Source: Glaucostegus cemiculus (taxonomy: Eukaryota). From it: a stretch of 64,000 bases of DNA. Below the pieces are notes generated by a model that was not told where the DNA came from, did no database searches, and saw only the letters and a list, made by a program, of their open reading frames with translations. How positions within the stretch are numbered: the first letter of the stretch is position 1; each line of letters starts with the position of its first letter. The stretch is taken from assembly GCA_976551045.1 (NCBI GenBank), contig CDPCPM010000052.1:10788001-10852000 (forward strand), given 5' to 3'. The position numbers were made by a program, and so were the translations under genes. Shown here piece after piece: positions 1 through 64,000 of this stretch.

Positions 1-352
1 AATTTCCGGTTTAAATTCTGTAGTGTGGTTGCAGGAAGCCTTTGCTTTTTATCAACAGTAATGGCTGTCAGAGGTTACCTCCACATTTTGTGTCACAGTC
101 ATGTGCTTCCTTTGAAACAATGCTTTCCTAATAGAAGTTCATCAATGTGTAGCTTTTTAAGGTAACCTTTCATTATTTATTAGCAATGAGGCAGCTGCAG
201 TACTGTGCAGAACATTGGATTGTACGGAAGCGTTAAGCGTAATGTTGTGATGTGATGGTGATCAAAAACCTAACACTGTTTGCTTTTTTTAATCCTGTTT
301 TCAAAATAGTTAAGTTGCTTTTCAGTAGTTTTACTTCAATCTTTCTTTCAAG

Positions 353-64000
<63,648 letters not shown>

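Overview
This is eukaryotic, AT-rich vertebrate genomic DNA. The repeat families (V-SINE/HE1-like, CR1, DeuSINE-like, Penelope-like) point to a cartilaginous fish, most likely a ray/sawfish; that assignment is inference. The whole window is the interior of one + strand gene, sptan1 (non-erythrocytic alpha-II spectrin). I traced 47 coding exons with GT-AG boundaries and consistent phases from 353 to the window end, about 6.24 kb of CDS and roughly human exons 4-50. They encode spectrin repeats, the SH3 domain, the 60-nt cassette exon, the three small exons of the calpain/caspase/calmodulin (CCC) insert and the 15-nt LSKLL microexon. Several of these small exons are absent from the ORF track. 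Introns are filled with decayed retroelements (CR1, L2, Rex1/Babar, RTE, L1, Penelope-like, SINEs) and one 22-bp minisatellite. The most notable observations are: (1) the CCC insert keeps the caspase and calmodulin sites but lacks the Tyr of the mammalian calpain/Src site; (2) the cassette exon has a decoy acceptor and QKI/RBFOX motifs; (3) dispersed Penelope-terminal repeats carry relics of a minimal hammerhead-ribozyme core, one forming a hairpin and one inserted between a branch point and its acceptor; (4) a TSD-flanked L1 3' end sits in the SH3 intron. No prokaryotic-type system, CRISPR array, rRNA or true tRNA gene is supported. All homology calls come from recognising sequence by eye, not from database searches.
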